From an uncultured Acidimicrobiales bacterium (GTDB lineage Bacteria > Actinomycetota > Acidimicrobiia > Acidimicrobiales > SHLQ01): a stretch of DNA of 64,000 bases. The first letter of the stretch is position 1, and every line of letters starts with the position of its first letter. The notes beneath the pieces were generated by a model, which was not told the origin of the DNA, ran no database searches, and was given only the letters and a program-made list of their open reading frames with translations. The stretch covers positions 448 through 64,447 of the forward strand of contig CALLQB010000019.1 in NCBI GenBank assembly GCA_938015295.1, in the 5' to 3' direction. A program made the position numbers and the translations under genes. Below are positions 19,921 to 29,066 of the stretch, in pieces.

Positions 19921-21180
19921 TCAGCCGAGCTGATTTTGCAAATATGCGACCAGGTCGCTTCGGGGAATCAGCTGTTGTCCGGTATCGCCACGAAGATCGC
20001 GCACGGTTACCGAATCGGCGGCCAATTCATCTTCGCCGATGATGACCGCGAACGCTGCGTTCGAGCGGTCAGAGACCTTCATCTGGGCCTTCATCGAGCG
20101 GTTATCCCACGCCCGGTCCGTGCGGATGCCGTGATTGCGAAGGTCTGCAGTGAGTTCAAGCGCCACATGGGCGCCACTCACGTCGACCACAAAGACCTCG
20201 GGGTCGATCGTCGGAGCGTCGAACACGCCTTCGGCATCACAGGCCAGCAAGATCCGGTCGACGCCGAGGGCAAAGCCGATGCCGGGCGTCGGCGGTCCGC
20301 CCAGTGATTCGGCAAGGCCGTCGTAGCGCCCACCGCCGCCGACTGCGTTCTGCGCCGAATCGAGCGCATCGGCAGCAAACTCGAAGGTAGTGAGTGTGTA
20401 GTAGTCGAGTCCGCGGACAAGACGTGGGGACAAGTGATACGACACACCGAGTTGATCGAGACCAGCCCGCACCTGACCGAAGTGTTCGGCTAACTCGGGG
20501 GTGAGGTGGTCGACCATCAGCGGGGCGCCGTCGATGATTGCCTGGTCTTCGGGTCGTTTTGAGTCGAGCACCCTCAGCGGGTTCAGGTCGAGGGTAAGTA
20601 CGGATTGTTCGGACAAGTCGCCCACATGGTCGCGGAAGTACGCCTCAAGTGCCGCCAGATACGCGGGCCTGCAGGTTGGGTCGCCAAGGCTGTTCAGCAA
20701 CAACGACACCTGCCGCAGACCGAGTCGCTCGTAGAACTGGTTGGCCAGCCAGATGACCTCGACATCAAGCTCGGGATCAGAGGTTCCGAGCGCCTCAATG
20801 CCCACTTGGGTGAATTGGCGAAATCGCCCGGCCTGGGGTTTTTCGTAGCGAAACTGCGGCCCCTCGTACCAGACCTTCCACGGCAACGCTGGTCGATGTT
20901 GCACGTACGCGCGAACGACCGAGGCAGTCAGTTCGGGACGAAGAGCAATATGGCGGCCATCTTTGTCTTCGAAGTCGTACATCTCCTTGGTGACCACGTC
21001 GGTGGATTCACCCAACCGAAGGAAGACACCGATGTCCTCAAAGATCGGCGTGCTCACCTCGCCGTAGGACGCTCGCTCGACGGTGTCGGCGAAAAGGTCG
21101 ATCAGAGCACGCTGCCGCGTTGATTGCGGGGCGAGAATGTCGCGAGTGCCTTTCGGCGCTTGAAAAGAAGGCGATGCCAC
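19921..21180 (-). CDS. hisS: Histidine--tRNA ligase
   Basis: LRPELTA, FRYEKPQAGRFRQF, LVRGLDYY, GGGRYDGL. Confidence 0.97.
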   Translation of the reverse strand: MASPSFQAPKGTRDILAPQSTRQRALIDLFADTVERASYGEVSTPIFEDIGVFLRLGESTDVVTKEMYDFEDKDGRHIALRPELTASVVRAYVQHRPALPWKVWYEGPQFRYEKPQAGRFRQFTQVGIEALGTSDPELDVEVIWLANQFYERLGLRQVSLLLNSLGDPTCRPAYLAALEAYFRDHVGDLSEQSVLTLDLNPLRVLDSKRPEDQAIIDGAPLMVDHLTPELAEHFGQVRAGLDQLGVSYHLSPRLVRGLDYYTLTTFEFAADALDSAQNAVGGGGRYDGLAESLGGPPTPGIGFALGVDRILLACDAEGVFDAPTIDPEVFVVDVSGAHVALELTADLRNHGIRTDRAWDNRSMKAQMKVSDRSNAAFAVIIGEDELAADSVTVRDLRGDTGQQLIPRSDLVAYLQNQLG

Positions 21181-21210
21181 GGTTGCCGAGGTTACCCGCC
21201 GCAGCGACGT

Positions 21211-21813
21211 TTACAGACCGAATTCGGCCGGGTTCAGGTTCTGCGACTCGAGGAAGTCTCTCGCCGCGCCGGGTTCGAGTTGGCGCACCACTCTCGCCAC
21301 CCGCTCGAAGTCGGCATCGGCCACCGCTGCGATGTCTCGGGCATAGGCGGCGGCGCCGCTGTCGCGGAGCGTCTGGTCATTCTCACGAACCCCTTCTTGG
21401 ACGACTTCTAACGACTGAATAACGGCCACCCACTGCAACAAATACGGTGCAAATGTTTCGCGCAGCTCTGCTGACTCGGTGAGGAAAAGGTCGATCTCGA
21501 GCCGGTTGAGCTCGGCAGACATCGCCTCGGTGCTTTCGGTCGACGAATCAAGCCACCTCTGCCTCTCGGCAGGCGATGCGTCTTCGGCGAGGTCGTTGTA
21601 CGAGTCCCAGAAGGTGCCAAGCAGTTGCGCGAAGACAGCCTGGGCTTCGTCGATATTGGTCAGAAACCCGGTGTCAGCCAACGAAAGCGGGGTCGGTGAT
21701 CCAACGATAAGAGCATCGATCGTCTGTTCGGCACGAGGCTCCGATGGAGAACACCCAGCGGCTGCCACCACCAAGACCACACAAGCTGCGAGACTGATTG
21801 CCGGTTTGCGCAT
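21211..21813 (-). CDS. Hypothetical lipoprotein
   Basis: Basic N-terminus, hydrophobic stretch, lipobox AAGC. Confidence 0.75.
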   Translation of the reverse strand: MRKPAISLAACVVLVVAAAGCSPSEPRAEQTIDALIVGSPTPLSLADTGFLTNIDEAQAVFAQLLGTFWDSYNDLAEDASPAERQRWLDSSTESTEAMSAELNRLEIDLFLTESAELRETFAPYLLQWVAVIQSLEVVQEGVRENDQTLRDSGAAAYARDIAAVADADFERVARVVRQLEPGAARDFLESQNLNPAEFGL

Positions 21814-21887
21814 GCAACCGGTCTAGCGTCTTCGCAGACGAAATCCCCGTCCCTACCGACACGTCCGAACAAGAGTCCATCCCTCCC

Positions 21888-22817
21888 GTGCACCTGCCGC
21901 TACCCCGCTACTCACTTCTCGCAATCATGTTCTTCGTCGTTGTCGCGCTGAGCGCTTGCGGCGAACGCGACCCCGGCCCCATCGCCGACGTTGAGGGCAA
22001 CTCGTTCATTCTTACCGCTCGTGCCGAGGGCGAGCGCTGGTATGAGGTGACCGAGAGCCGCGACGCCGGACTCACGTGGGAACTTCAAGACCCTGAACGT
22101 TACGGCTCTGACGATCCGGCCGACCCGAATTTTGGGTACGACGTCGAACAGGTAGAGCTGTCGAACATGCTCGAAATCTGTGAAGCCACGGTGTGCTGGC
22201 GGGCAACCGACGCAGGCATCGAGCGGTCAAATGACGACGGAGCGACGTGGGCGTCGGACTTTCGCCTTGCGTCGGGACGCGAACGGTTCTCGCCCGAGGG
22301 CTACCCGACCATCGTCGACATGACCATCGTGCGCGAACGCAGCCAACCCGTGGTCGTTGCCGCCACTGCTGAGCACGGACTTCTACTCGGCCGACCCGAC
22401 GGCGAGTGGGTGCGCCGTTCGATCGATCATTGGGAAGCCCCAACATTGACAGGGTCGTGGATACAGGTGTGGCCCGAAATTACCGGAGTTGCGGTGGCCG
22501 CCGCGATCGGGCTTGCCATCATGGCCACTCTCGCAGCAACCATCATGCGACGCGCCTACGAGCAGATCGCCCACTCACTTGTTTCGATTGTCGCCGTGCT
22601 AGCCGTTGGTCCGGCTGCGTACTATGCGACGTTGCCATTTCTCGACTGGGCAGATGGAACGATCGTCGCTCGCCAAGACGCCCTGGACGAGGCGATCTCG
22701 GCGGCCACATTTTGGGGCCTCATCGCGTTGGTTGTCGTTGTCGTGTTGTCGTTGCTTGTGCGACTGCGTTGGACGCGGAAACTCGGCCCGCTCCCGTTTC
22801 CCGACACGCCGGCCTAA
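21888..22817 (+). CDS. Hypothetical lipoprotein with Asp-box (BNR) motifs and three C-terminal TM helices
   Basis: Lipobox LSAC; SRDAGLTW and SNDDGATW Asp-boxes; hydrophobic C-terminus; start uncertain. Confidence 0.7.
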   Translation: MHLPLPRYSLLAIMFFVVVALSACGERDPGPIADVEGNSFILTARAEGERWYEVTESRDAGLTWELQDPERYGSDDPADPNFGYDVEQVELSNMLEICEATVCWRATDAGIERSNDDGATWASDFRLASGRERFSPEGYPTIVDMTIVRERSQPVVVAATAEHGLLLGRPDGEWVRRSIDHWEAPTLTGSWIQVWPEITGVAVAAAIGLAIMATLAATIMRRAYEQIAHSLVSIVAVLAVGPAAYYATLPFLDWADGTIVARQDALDEAISAATFWGLIALVVVVVLSLLVRLRWTRKLGPLPFPDTPA

Positions 22818-22861
22818 ACGGTCTTCGCTAAACGGTCTTCGCTAGACGGTCTTCGCTAAAC
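22814..22861. repeat. 14-bp tandem repeat CTAAACGGTCTTCG, about 3.4 copies
   Basis: Units at 22814, 22828, 22842 (one mismatch) and a partial unit at 22856. Confidence 0.95.
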
Positions 22862-25078
22862 AGTTGGCGTCCGAGCACTCATCACCCGGAACACCTCATA
22901 GACACCATCAACAGTGCGCAGTTGCCGGATCGTCGCATCGAGTTGACTCACGTCGCCCACCTCGATCTCAAAGCGGAACCGGGCCACGCGGTCGGCGCCA
23001 GTAGTTGTCGACGCACCACAAATATTGATCTGGTTGTCCGATAACACACGGGTGAGGTCGTTGAGGAGATATCCCCGATCGAGAGCCTTCACTTCGACGC
23101 TCGACACAAAGTCGGCACCGTGCGCTTCGTCCCATTCCACATCGATGAGACGTTCGGTCTGGCCGAGAAGCGAGTCAGCGTTGGTGCAGTCGGTTCGGTG
23201 AACCGACACGCCGCGCCCCTGGGTCACAAAACCCATGATCGAGTCTGCAGGCACTGGCGAACAGCAGGGCGCCAAGCGCACCATCACGTCGGGCAAGCCC
23301 TCAACGTGCACGCCCACAACCGAGCCGCTTCGGCGAGACGGACGGGGTTCAATCGCGGTTGTCGGAAGTTGGTCGCGACGGGCCGCGTCGGGTTCCTCAA
23401 GGTGACGACGAAGGCGTTCGACTACGGCTTTGGCGGTGACGTGCCCCTCGCCCACTGCGGCGTGGAGCAGGTCGAGGTCTGCGTAGTTCAGGTCCTCTGC
23501 TACCTCTATCAGGTCGTCGCCGCTAAGAATCTTCTGCACTGGTAGTCCAGCGCGTCGGATAGCGCGCACCACATCATCGCGGCCGTTGGCGATCGCGTCT
23601 TCACGCCGTTCACGCGAATACCACTGCCGGATCTTCTCGGTGGCCCGGTGGGTGACAACAAAGGTCAACCAATCCCGTGAGGGACCAGCGCCTTCATTTT
23701 TCGACGTGACGATCTCGATCCGATCGCCCGAAGCGAGCCGGGTCTCGATCGACACAAGTTTGCCGTTGACCCGCGCACCGATGCAGGCATGGCCGACCTC
23801 GGTGTGAATCGAATACGCAAAGTCGACCGTGGTAGCACCGACTGGCAAGGTGACCACTTCGCCTTCGGGGGTAAAGACATACACCTCGTCGACGTCGAGG
23901 TCGACCCGAAGGTTCTCCATATACGTTGAGTTGTTGTCGTCGTCATTACCCCAGTCGATGATGCGGTTGAGCCACGCCTTGTCGTCGAGTTGCTCGTCGC
24001 CCTTGTACTGCCAGTGGGCAGCGACGCCACCCTCCGCGCGGTCGTCCATCTCCTTGGTACGGATCTGCACCTCAACAGGCCTACCCTGCGGCCCAACCAC
24101 CGTGGTGTGTAACGACTGATAGAGGTTGAACTTGGGCATCGCGATGTAATCTTTGAACCGGCCAGGAACCGGATTCCAGGTCGCGTGAATCGAACCGAGG
24201 GCCGAATAACAGTCGCGCACCGAGGTCACGACAACACGAATACCAACCAGGTCGTAGATGTCGTCGAAGGATCGTCCTTTGACGACCATTTTTTCGTAGA
24301 TGCTCCAAAGGTGTTTGGGGCGACCGTTGACCGACGCCGTGATGCCGAGCTCAGACAGCGTCGACTCGACATCGCCGAGCACCTGCTGGAGAAATAGATC
24401 ACGTTCGGGGTCGCGTTCAGCGACCATCTGGTCGATCTCGCTGAAGCGCTTTGGATGCAGGGAGGCGAACGACAAATCTTCGAGCTGTTGCTTCATCAGC
24501 TGCATGCCCATGCGGTGCGCCAACGGAGCATAGATGTCGAGGGTCTCGCGGGCGGTGCGCTCCTGCTTCCATGCTGGCAATGCAGCGATTGTTCGCAGAT
24601 TGTGCAACCGGTCGGCAAGTTTGATGATCAACACACGCACGTCCTGCGCAATTGCCACCATCATTTTGCGCATCGAGGCCGCCTGCTGCTCTTCCTTGCT
24701 ATCGAAGTGCATGCGGTCGAGTTTGGTGACGCCGTCGACGATCAGCGCGAGGTCTTCGCCGAATTCACTGACCAATTCGTCGCGGGTGATCGGCGTGTCC
24801 TCGAGCGCATCGTGCAGCATGGCTGCCATGATCGAGGTGGCATCGAAACCAAGGTCGGCCACCAACCGGGCAACCGCGATCGGGTGGTGGATGTAGGCCT
24901 CGCCGGACTTGCGAACCTGGCCCTCGTGAGCCATCTCGGCGATCGTGAACGCCCGCCGAATTGGGTCGGGGTCGCCGTCGGGATAGTTCCCGAGAAACGT
25001 TTCGAGCAGCACATCGAATTCGCCAGACAGCGACTCGCTGTGCCGTCGCCATGGAAGTACCCGTGCGCTCGATACCAC
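22856..25078 (-). CDS. rel: Bifunctional (p)ppGpp synthetase/hydrolase Rel
   Basis: Intact HD motif (LHDALED), KLADRLHN, GRPKHLWS, YQSLHT, EVQIRT; TGS, zinc-finger and ACT domains. Confidence 0.97.
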   Translation of the reverse strand: MVSSARVLPWRRHSESLSGEFDVLLETFLGNYPDGDPDPIRRAFTIAEMAHEGQVRKSGEAYIHHPIAVARLVADLGFDATSIMAAMLHDALEDTPITRDELVSEFGEDLALIVDGVTKLDRMHFDSKEEQQAASMRKMMVAIAQDVRVLIIKLADRLHNLRTIAALPAWKQERTARETLDIYAPLAHRMGMQLMKQQLEDLSFASLHPKRFSEIDQMVAERDPERDLFLQQVLGDVESTLSELGITASVNGRPKHLWSIYEKMVVKGRSFDDIYDLVGIRVVVTSVRDCYSALGSIHATWNPVPGRFKDYIAMPKFNLYQSLHTTVVGPQGRPVEVQIRTKEMDDRAEGGVAAHWQYKGDEQLDDKAWLNRIIDWGNDDDNNSTYMENLRVDLDVDEVYVFTPEGEVVTLPVGATTVDFAYSIHTEVGHACIGARVNGKLVSIETRLASGDRIEIVTSKNEGAGPSRDWLTFVVTHRATEKIRQWYSRERREDAIANGRDDVVRAIRRAGLPVQKILSGDDLIEVAEDLNYADLDLLHAAVGEGHVTAKAVVERLRRHLEEPDAARRDQLPTTAIEPRPSRRSGSVVGVHVEGLPDVMVRLAPCCSPVPADSIMGFVTQGRGVSVHRTDCTNADSLLGQTERLIDVEWDEAHGADFVSSVEVKALDRGYLLNDLTRVLSDNQINICGASTTTGADRVARFRFEIEVGDVSQLDATIRQLRTVDGVYEVFRVMSARTPTV

Positions 25079-25087
25079 GTTCCTTCC

Positions 25088-25618
25088 TCAGCTCTCGTAG
25101 GTGATAAGCGAGGCGATGTTTGGCTGGCTCAGCGCCGCACGGCCATCGAGGAAACCGAGTTCGATCCAGAAACCAAACCCAACAACCTTGGCCTTGGCGC
25201 CCTCGACAAGGCGAGCGGTAGCGGCGGCGGTCCCGCCAGTGGCCAACACGTCGTCGATAATCAGTACGTTCTGGCCGGGCGCAAGTGCATCGACGTGCAT
25301 CTCAAGCTGATCAATTCCGTACTCGAGTTCGTACTCCTCGGACACCGTTTCGAACGGTAACTTGCCTGCTTTGCGAACGGGGACAAAACCGGCGCCCAAA
25401 CGATAGGCCACCGGCGCAGCGGTAATGAAGCCTCTCGCTTCAACGCCGATCACGCAATCGATCGATGCCCCGGTGAAGTGGTCGGCTAAAGCGTCAGCCG
25501 AGAACCGAAACGCGTCGGCATTGGCCAGCAGCGGCGTAATATCTTTGAAGCCGACACCCGGTTTCGGGTAATCGGGTATTTCGCGCACGAGCTCTTGGAG
25601 CCACGTCGAATCGGCCAT
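25088..25618 (-). CDS. apt: Adenine phosphoribosyltransferase
   Basis: FKDITPLL, EARGF, RKAGKLP, IDDVLATGGT. Confidence 0.96.
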   Translation of the reverse strand: MADSTWLQELVREIPDYPKPGVGFKDITPLLANADAFRFSADALADHFTGASIDCVIGVEARGFITAAPVAYRLGAGFVPVRKAGKLPFETVSEEYELEYGIDQLEMHVDALAPGQNVLIIDDVLATGGTAAATARLVEGAKAKVVGFGFWIELGFLDGRAALSQPNIASLITYES

Positions 25619-25639
25619 AAGAACAGGTTACCGGCGCAG

Positions 25640-26929
25640 CTACCGCTTCTTCTTTTTCTTACGAGGTCGGGGCGGGATCGATCCGGCAGCAGCCGCTGGA
25701 GAGGTTGGCGAAGACTTCGTTGGGGAAGGCTTCTTTGCGGTAGAGGTCTTCGACGACGTCTCGGCCTGGTCGCTCGATTCGACGTCTGCCGAGTCGTCGG
25801 CTGCGCCGCCCACCTGGTCTGGCAGCTCGGCATCTACTGCCGTTGTTGCGCCGCTAGCCGCGCCAGCCGTGGCCGACTTCTTTGCCGCCTTCGCTGGGCT
25901 GGCGGGGCGCTTTGGCACCGCCTTGGCTCCCGACCTTCGCGGTGTGGTGCCAAGAACTGCATCATCGCGATCGACGGTTCTCGTATCACCAAGAACACCC
26001 TTCGCTTCGAGTTTCTCGCGAACCTCAAGATGGCGGGGCTCGCGCTCTTTCAACCACGCCACCACCGCAGAGGCGATGAACAGCGACGAGTAGCCACCGA
26101 CCAAAAGACCGACAAGGAGTGCAATAGCAAACTCCTGAAGCGTGACTGCGCCCAGGATGAATGCGCCGATGACCAGCATCGACAACACGGGCAACACCGA
26201 GGTGATGGTGGTGTTGAGCGACCGCATGATGACCCGGTTAAGCGCGAGGTTCATCATCTCGGTGTAGGTGTATTTGCCGGTTGCGCCCACCCGAGCGGTG
26301 ATCTCGTGGACTTTGTCGTACACAACAATCGTGTCGTACAACGAGTAACCCATGATGGTGAGGAAGGCGATGACCGTCGCTGGTGTCACCTCAAAATGGA
26401 ACAACGAGTAGATGCCGACGCTGATGATGAGGTCATGGACAACCGCTATTAGCGCGCCGACTGCCATGCGCCACTCAAGGCGTATCGAGATGTAGATTGC
26501 GATCGCGATAAAGAAGAACACCATGGCTCGCAGAGCTTTACTGGTGATCTCCTCGCCCCACGTCGGACCAACCGACTCAAAGCCGGTGACGTCGCCAAGA
26601 GCAGCGAGTTCATTGCGCAGCTCGCCGGCAACAACTGGATCTTCGATGTCAGAACGGATGCGTAGCGTATCGCCGTCGACAATTTGGATTTTGGCATCAT
26701 CGGCACCGAATCCGCCAAGGAAATCCCTGGCCTCCGCTACAGAAGTACCAGGCGAAACCACCTCAAAGGATGTACCACCTTCAAAATCGATGCCCAGATT
26801 CAGCCCTCGGACAAAAAATGCGCCAATGCTCAAAAGCACCAGCACAACCGACCCGACGATGGCCGTGCGCCAGAGCTTGGGGAAGTCGATGTTGCTTTCG
26901 CCCCGGAAAATATCGGACAGGGTGCTCAT
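25640..26929 (-). CDS. secF: Protein translocase subunit SecF
   Basis: LNLGIDFEGG, VGPTWG, HD, GYSLYDTIVVYD; low-complexity basic tail. Confidence 0.95.
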   Translation of the reverse strand: MSTLSDIFRGESNIDFPKLWRTAIVGSVVLVLLSIGAFFVRGLNLGIDFEGGTSFEVVSPGTSVAEARDFLGGFGADDAKIQIVDGDTLRIRSDIEDPVVAGELRNELAALGDVTGFESVGPTWGEEITSKALRAMVFFFIAIAIYISIRLEWRMAVGALIAVVHDLIISVGIYSLFHFEVTPATVIAFLTIMGYSLYDTIVVYDKVHEITARVGATGKYTYTEMMNLALNRVIMRSLNTTITSVLPVLSMLVIGAFILGAVTLQEFAIALLVGLLVGGYSSLFIASAVVAWLKEREPRHLEVREKLEAKGVLGDTRTVDRDDAVLGTTPRRSGAKAVPKRPASPAKAAKKSATAGAASGATTAVDAELPDQVGGAADDSADVESSDQAETSSKTSTAKKPSPTKSSPTSPAAAAGSIPPRPRKKKKKR

Positions 26930-28533
26930 GATTGGCCTCCAGCGACGACGATGTCGCCTACGCCGAAGCGCTTCGGGTTATCGGCGAACGATTGTCTTCG
27001 AGCCAGCCACTTCACGGCGGGCCCCATGAAGAAATACGTGGCGACGAGGTCAAGGATTGTCGCCAGCCCGAGGTAAAAGGCGAAGCCTCGCACCGCTCCG
27101 GTGGTAAGCGCATAGAGCAGCACCGCGGCGATGAGCGAGGCCACATCGGCCTTCACGATGGTGCTAAAGGCGATCGGAAACGCTCGCTCGACCGAGGAGC
27201 CAAGCGTTCGTCCGTTTCGCATATCTTCTTTCACATGCTCGAAGTAGACGATGTTTGAGTCGACCGAAACGCCAATCGACACAATCAGACCGGTGACCCC
27301 GGCGAGGGTAAGCGCCAACCCCTGGGTCGAGCCGAGCCAAGAAATGATGGTCCAGAGCAACGCGCCGGACACAAGCAGGCTCAGAATCGCGATGAGACCG
27401 AGCGCCCGGTAATACCAGGTCACGTACACCGCCACAATCGCCAGACCAATGAGGCCAGCAATCATGCCGGCATTGAGTGCATCGTCGCCGAGACTGCCAG
27501 AAACCACTCGTTGTTGTTCGGGCTCCAGCTCGACCGGAAGTGCGCCGAAACGCAGCGCCACGGCAAGGTCCTTTGCTTCCGACTCGGAGAATGGTCCGCC
27601 GCTGATGGTGATCTGATCGCGGGAGAACTCGGGGGCGTTGACGTTGGGGGCGCTGATGACCTCGCCGTCGAGGGCAATGGCGATCGCACCTGATGGACAA
27701 CTCGTGGCTCTCCCAAAGCAATCGCTGGCAAGCTGGTTGAAGCCGTCGATGCCGTCGGCACCGGCTTTGAATTCGGGGGCAACGAGCCACTCGATGCCTC
27801 CCTGGAGAGTCGCTCGAGCGTCGGTGAGAGCATCGCCCTTCACGCCGACGGGACCAAGGGTGTAGCGCCCGACCTCGTTGCGGTCGTCGTCGTACTCGGC
27901 GAGCACAACATTTTGGGTTGGATCATCAGCATCGTCGGGGCTGGTGAGGTCGGGTACCTCGCCAAGTCCGAACAGGCCTTCGACAAACTCGATCTTTTCT
28001 TCGTCGGTCTCAAGAATTGTTGTGGTGGTGGTTGGCAGCGGCACCGTGGTGGCAACCGTACTGTCTGGAGCAATGCTGTCTGGAGCAGTGCTGTCTGGAG
28101 CAATCGTCGTCGCAGCGGATGCGACGGCGTCGTCGTAGAACTGCACCGGATCGTCGATACCGAGGTCGGCGAGGGTGCCGCCACTGGTATGGCGGGCGAC
28201 AACCGGTCGAAACTGCAACTCGGCGGTTGCGCCGACGAGCTCAAGTGCCCGATCGGTGTCTTCGACGCCGGGCAGCTGTACCAGGATGCCGTCGTCAACT
28301 CGGGAGATCTCTGGCTCGGCAACACCGAGGCTGTCAACGCGACTTCGAATGATCTCGACTGCCTGGTCGAGGCTCTCGGTCGTCGTTTCTTCGGTGGCCT
28401 GGTAGCGAACCTCGACGCCGCCTTGCAGGTCGAGGCCTAACAAGGGCTCGTTGCCGACTGCGAAGGTCGCGATGAGGCCGCCGATCGCAAGCACGATCAT
28501 GCCAATGAGGTAGCTCAGTTGTCGGCGACTCAT
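26926..28533 (-). CDS. secD: Protein translocase subunit SecD
   Basis: LGLDLQGG, RVDSLGVAEP, LDGEVISAP, GALP, VDSNIVYFE. Confidence 0.95.
   Translation of the reverse strand: MSRRQLSYLIGMIVLAIGGLIATFAVGNEPLLGLDLQGGVEVRYQATEETTTESLDQAVEIIRSRVDSLGVAEPEISRVDDGILVQLPGVEDTDRALELVGATAELQFRPVVARHTSGGTLADLGIDDPVQFYDDAVASAATTIAPDSTAPDSIAPDSTVATTVPLPTTTTTILETDEEKIEFVEGLFGLGEVPDLTSPDDADDPTQNVVLAEYDDDRNEVGRYTLGPVGVKGDALTDARATLQGGIEWLVAPEFKAGADGIDGFNQLASDCFGRATSCPSGAIAIALDGEVISAPNVNAPEFSRDQITISGGPFSESEAKDLAVALRFGALPVELEPEQQRVVSGSLGDDALNAGMIAGLIGLAIVAVYVTWYYRALGLIAILSLLVSGALLWTIISWLGSTQGLALTLAGVTGLIVSIGVSVDSNIVYFEHVKEDMRNGRTLGSSVERAFPIAFSTIVKADVASLIAAVLLYALTTGAVRGFAFYLGLATILDLVATYFFMGPAVKWLARRQSFADNPKRFGVGDIVVAGGQS
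28061..28105. repeat. In-frame 15-bp repeat, three copies, in secD (encodes [IT]APDS)
   Basis: CTGTCTGGAGCA(A/G)T(G/C) x3. Confidence 0.9.
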
Positions 28534-28919
28534 TCGTCCTCGTCAGTTTCGGACTCGGCGTCAGCGTTGGAGTCCGTCGAATCGCCTGCAGCGACCGAGG
28601 CCTTGTCGTTTTTGTCGTTTTTGTCGTTTTTGTCGCTCTTGTCGTTCTTGTCGCTTGTCTCATCGCTGTCATCGCCGATGATCGCCTGCACCGCTTCGCG
28701 AGCGACCTTGATCTCGACGCCCTTTGCGACTTCGAGCCAGATGACCGAGCCTTCGAACTCGACAATGTTTCCGTAAACGCCGCTTGTTGTGAGTACGTGG
28801 TCGCCCTCGCTAAGGCTCGCCAGAAGCGCCTGTTGCGCCTTTACCCGCTTTTGCTGAGGCAATATCAGCAAGACGTACATCAAAACGGCAAATACAGCCA
28901 GGATTATCAGCTGACCCAT
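28530..28919 (-). CDS. yajC: Preprotein translocase subunit YajC
   Basis: N-terminal TM, PQQKR, GDHVLTTSGVYG; upstream of secDF. Confidence 0.93.
   Translation of the reverse strand: MGQLIILAVFAVLMYVLLILPQQKRVKAQQALLASLSEGDHVLTTSGVYGNIVEFEGSVIWLEVAKGVEIKVAREAVQAIIGDDSDETSDKNDKSDKNDKNDKNDKASVAAGDSTDSNADAESETDEDE
28603..28656. repeat. In-frame 9-bp repeat, six copies, in the yajC tail (DKN/DKS)
   Basis: TTGTCGTTT-like units every 9 nt. Confidence 0.9.
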
Positions 28920-29066
28920 GAGATTCGGTTCCTTTCGCCGGACCGGCAGATTCTAACGGCGCAGCCACGCTCACCTGCGTCACGGGCCGAGAGAAATCTT
29001 AGGGTCGGCCTCGAATCACCGGTATCGCTGTCCCCCGGCATGGGGGTCTGCGACGAGTAACTCGAC

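Noticed and set aside
18528-20042. 504-aa plus-strand ORF and similar long antisense ORFs (e.g. 11578, 14382, 15200, 17326, 32153, 49970, 61538)
   Set aside because: Shadow frames opposite well-conserved genes, expected from high-GC codon bias; no motifs
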